Shown here piece by piece: positions 63,684 to 64,000 of a DNA stretch of 64,000 bases (its first letter is position 1; the number at the start of each line of letters is the position of its first letter). The notes beneath the pieces are model-generated. The model had not been told where the DNA came from. It worked only from the letters and a program-made list of their open reading frames with translations, and did not search any database. The stretch comes from Croceicoccus sp. (GTDB lineage Bacteria > Pseudomonadota > Alphaproteobacteria > Sphingomonadales > Sphingomonadaceae), in assembly GCA_029936705.1 (NCBI GenBank), contig JAPYSD010000001.1, positions 819 through 64,818 on the forward strand. The letters run 5' to 3'. The position numbers and the translations under genes are program-made.

Positions 63684-63745
63684 AAAAAAGCCCGGCACGT
63701 CATGCACCGGGCTTGAAAGTTTGGGAGAGGATGCCTGAAAGGCAG
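63684..63745 (-). ncRNA. suhB/MmgR-family small RNA
   Basis: Minus strand GCCTTTCAGGCATCCTCTCCCAAACTTT, then AGCCCGG..CCGGGCTTTTTT terminator; upstream TTGCGA-N17-CATACC promoter-like spacing. Confidence 0.75.
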
Positions 63746-64000
63746 GACCGGTATGCCTTCGCAGGTGCAATATCGCAAGTGCACAATACGCAGGTGCGGT
63801 TGCGGTTATGTCGATTAGTGAATTTGATGTCAGCCGCTCAGCTAAGTTGCGAAATGCCATGGCGGCGATCCGCCGGCGTGATAACCTCAGTTCATGGCGC
63901 GATATACGATTTACAAGAGCGGCAGTCCGGTATCGGGGGCATCGCAGAATCTAGTCGTAAACGTACGCTCTCATGACTGCCATCCGAGACGCTGGCCGAG

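Overview
This window looks like part of a sphingomonad-type (alphaproteobacterial) plasmid; the taxonomic call is inference from gene content. (1) 1-2.3 kb is a scrapyard of IS3/IS110 fragments fused to gene remnants. (2) 2.5-30 kb is an intact catabolic island: two TonB-dependent receptors, a CYP108-like P450, two Rieske oxygenases with one PDR/VanB reductase, alcohol/aldehyde/GMC dehydrogenases, a class III CoA-transferase, acyl-CoA dehydrogenase with ETF/ETF-QO, an aromatic-acid MFS transporter and three regulators. Six copies of a FadR-type palindrome link its promoters. (3) 30.4-33 kb is a second fragment mosaic. (4) 33-39.6 kb is the replicon: parA-parB, parS-like palindromes, an RPA-family initiator and a downstream iteron/DnaA-box/AT-rich origin. 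(5) 39.7-50.4 kb holds degraded IS21/IS66/IS3, an IS630, an StbAB-like pair and a large MobA/MobL relaxase. (6) 50.7-64 kb is a defence/TA-rich region: a Septu-like ATPase+HNH pair preceded by an unannotated 41-aa ORF with a switch-like leader, an intact IS3, parDE, a double-XRE protein, a LexA-boxed zinc-finger gene, an exonuclease-exonuclease-ParD-like(frameshifted)-HNH-HipA cluster and a suhB/MmgR-like sRNA. All family calls come from motif recognition by eye; no searches were run.
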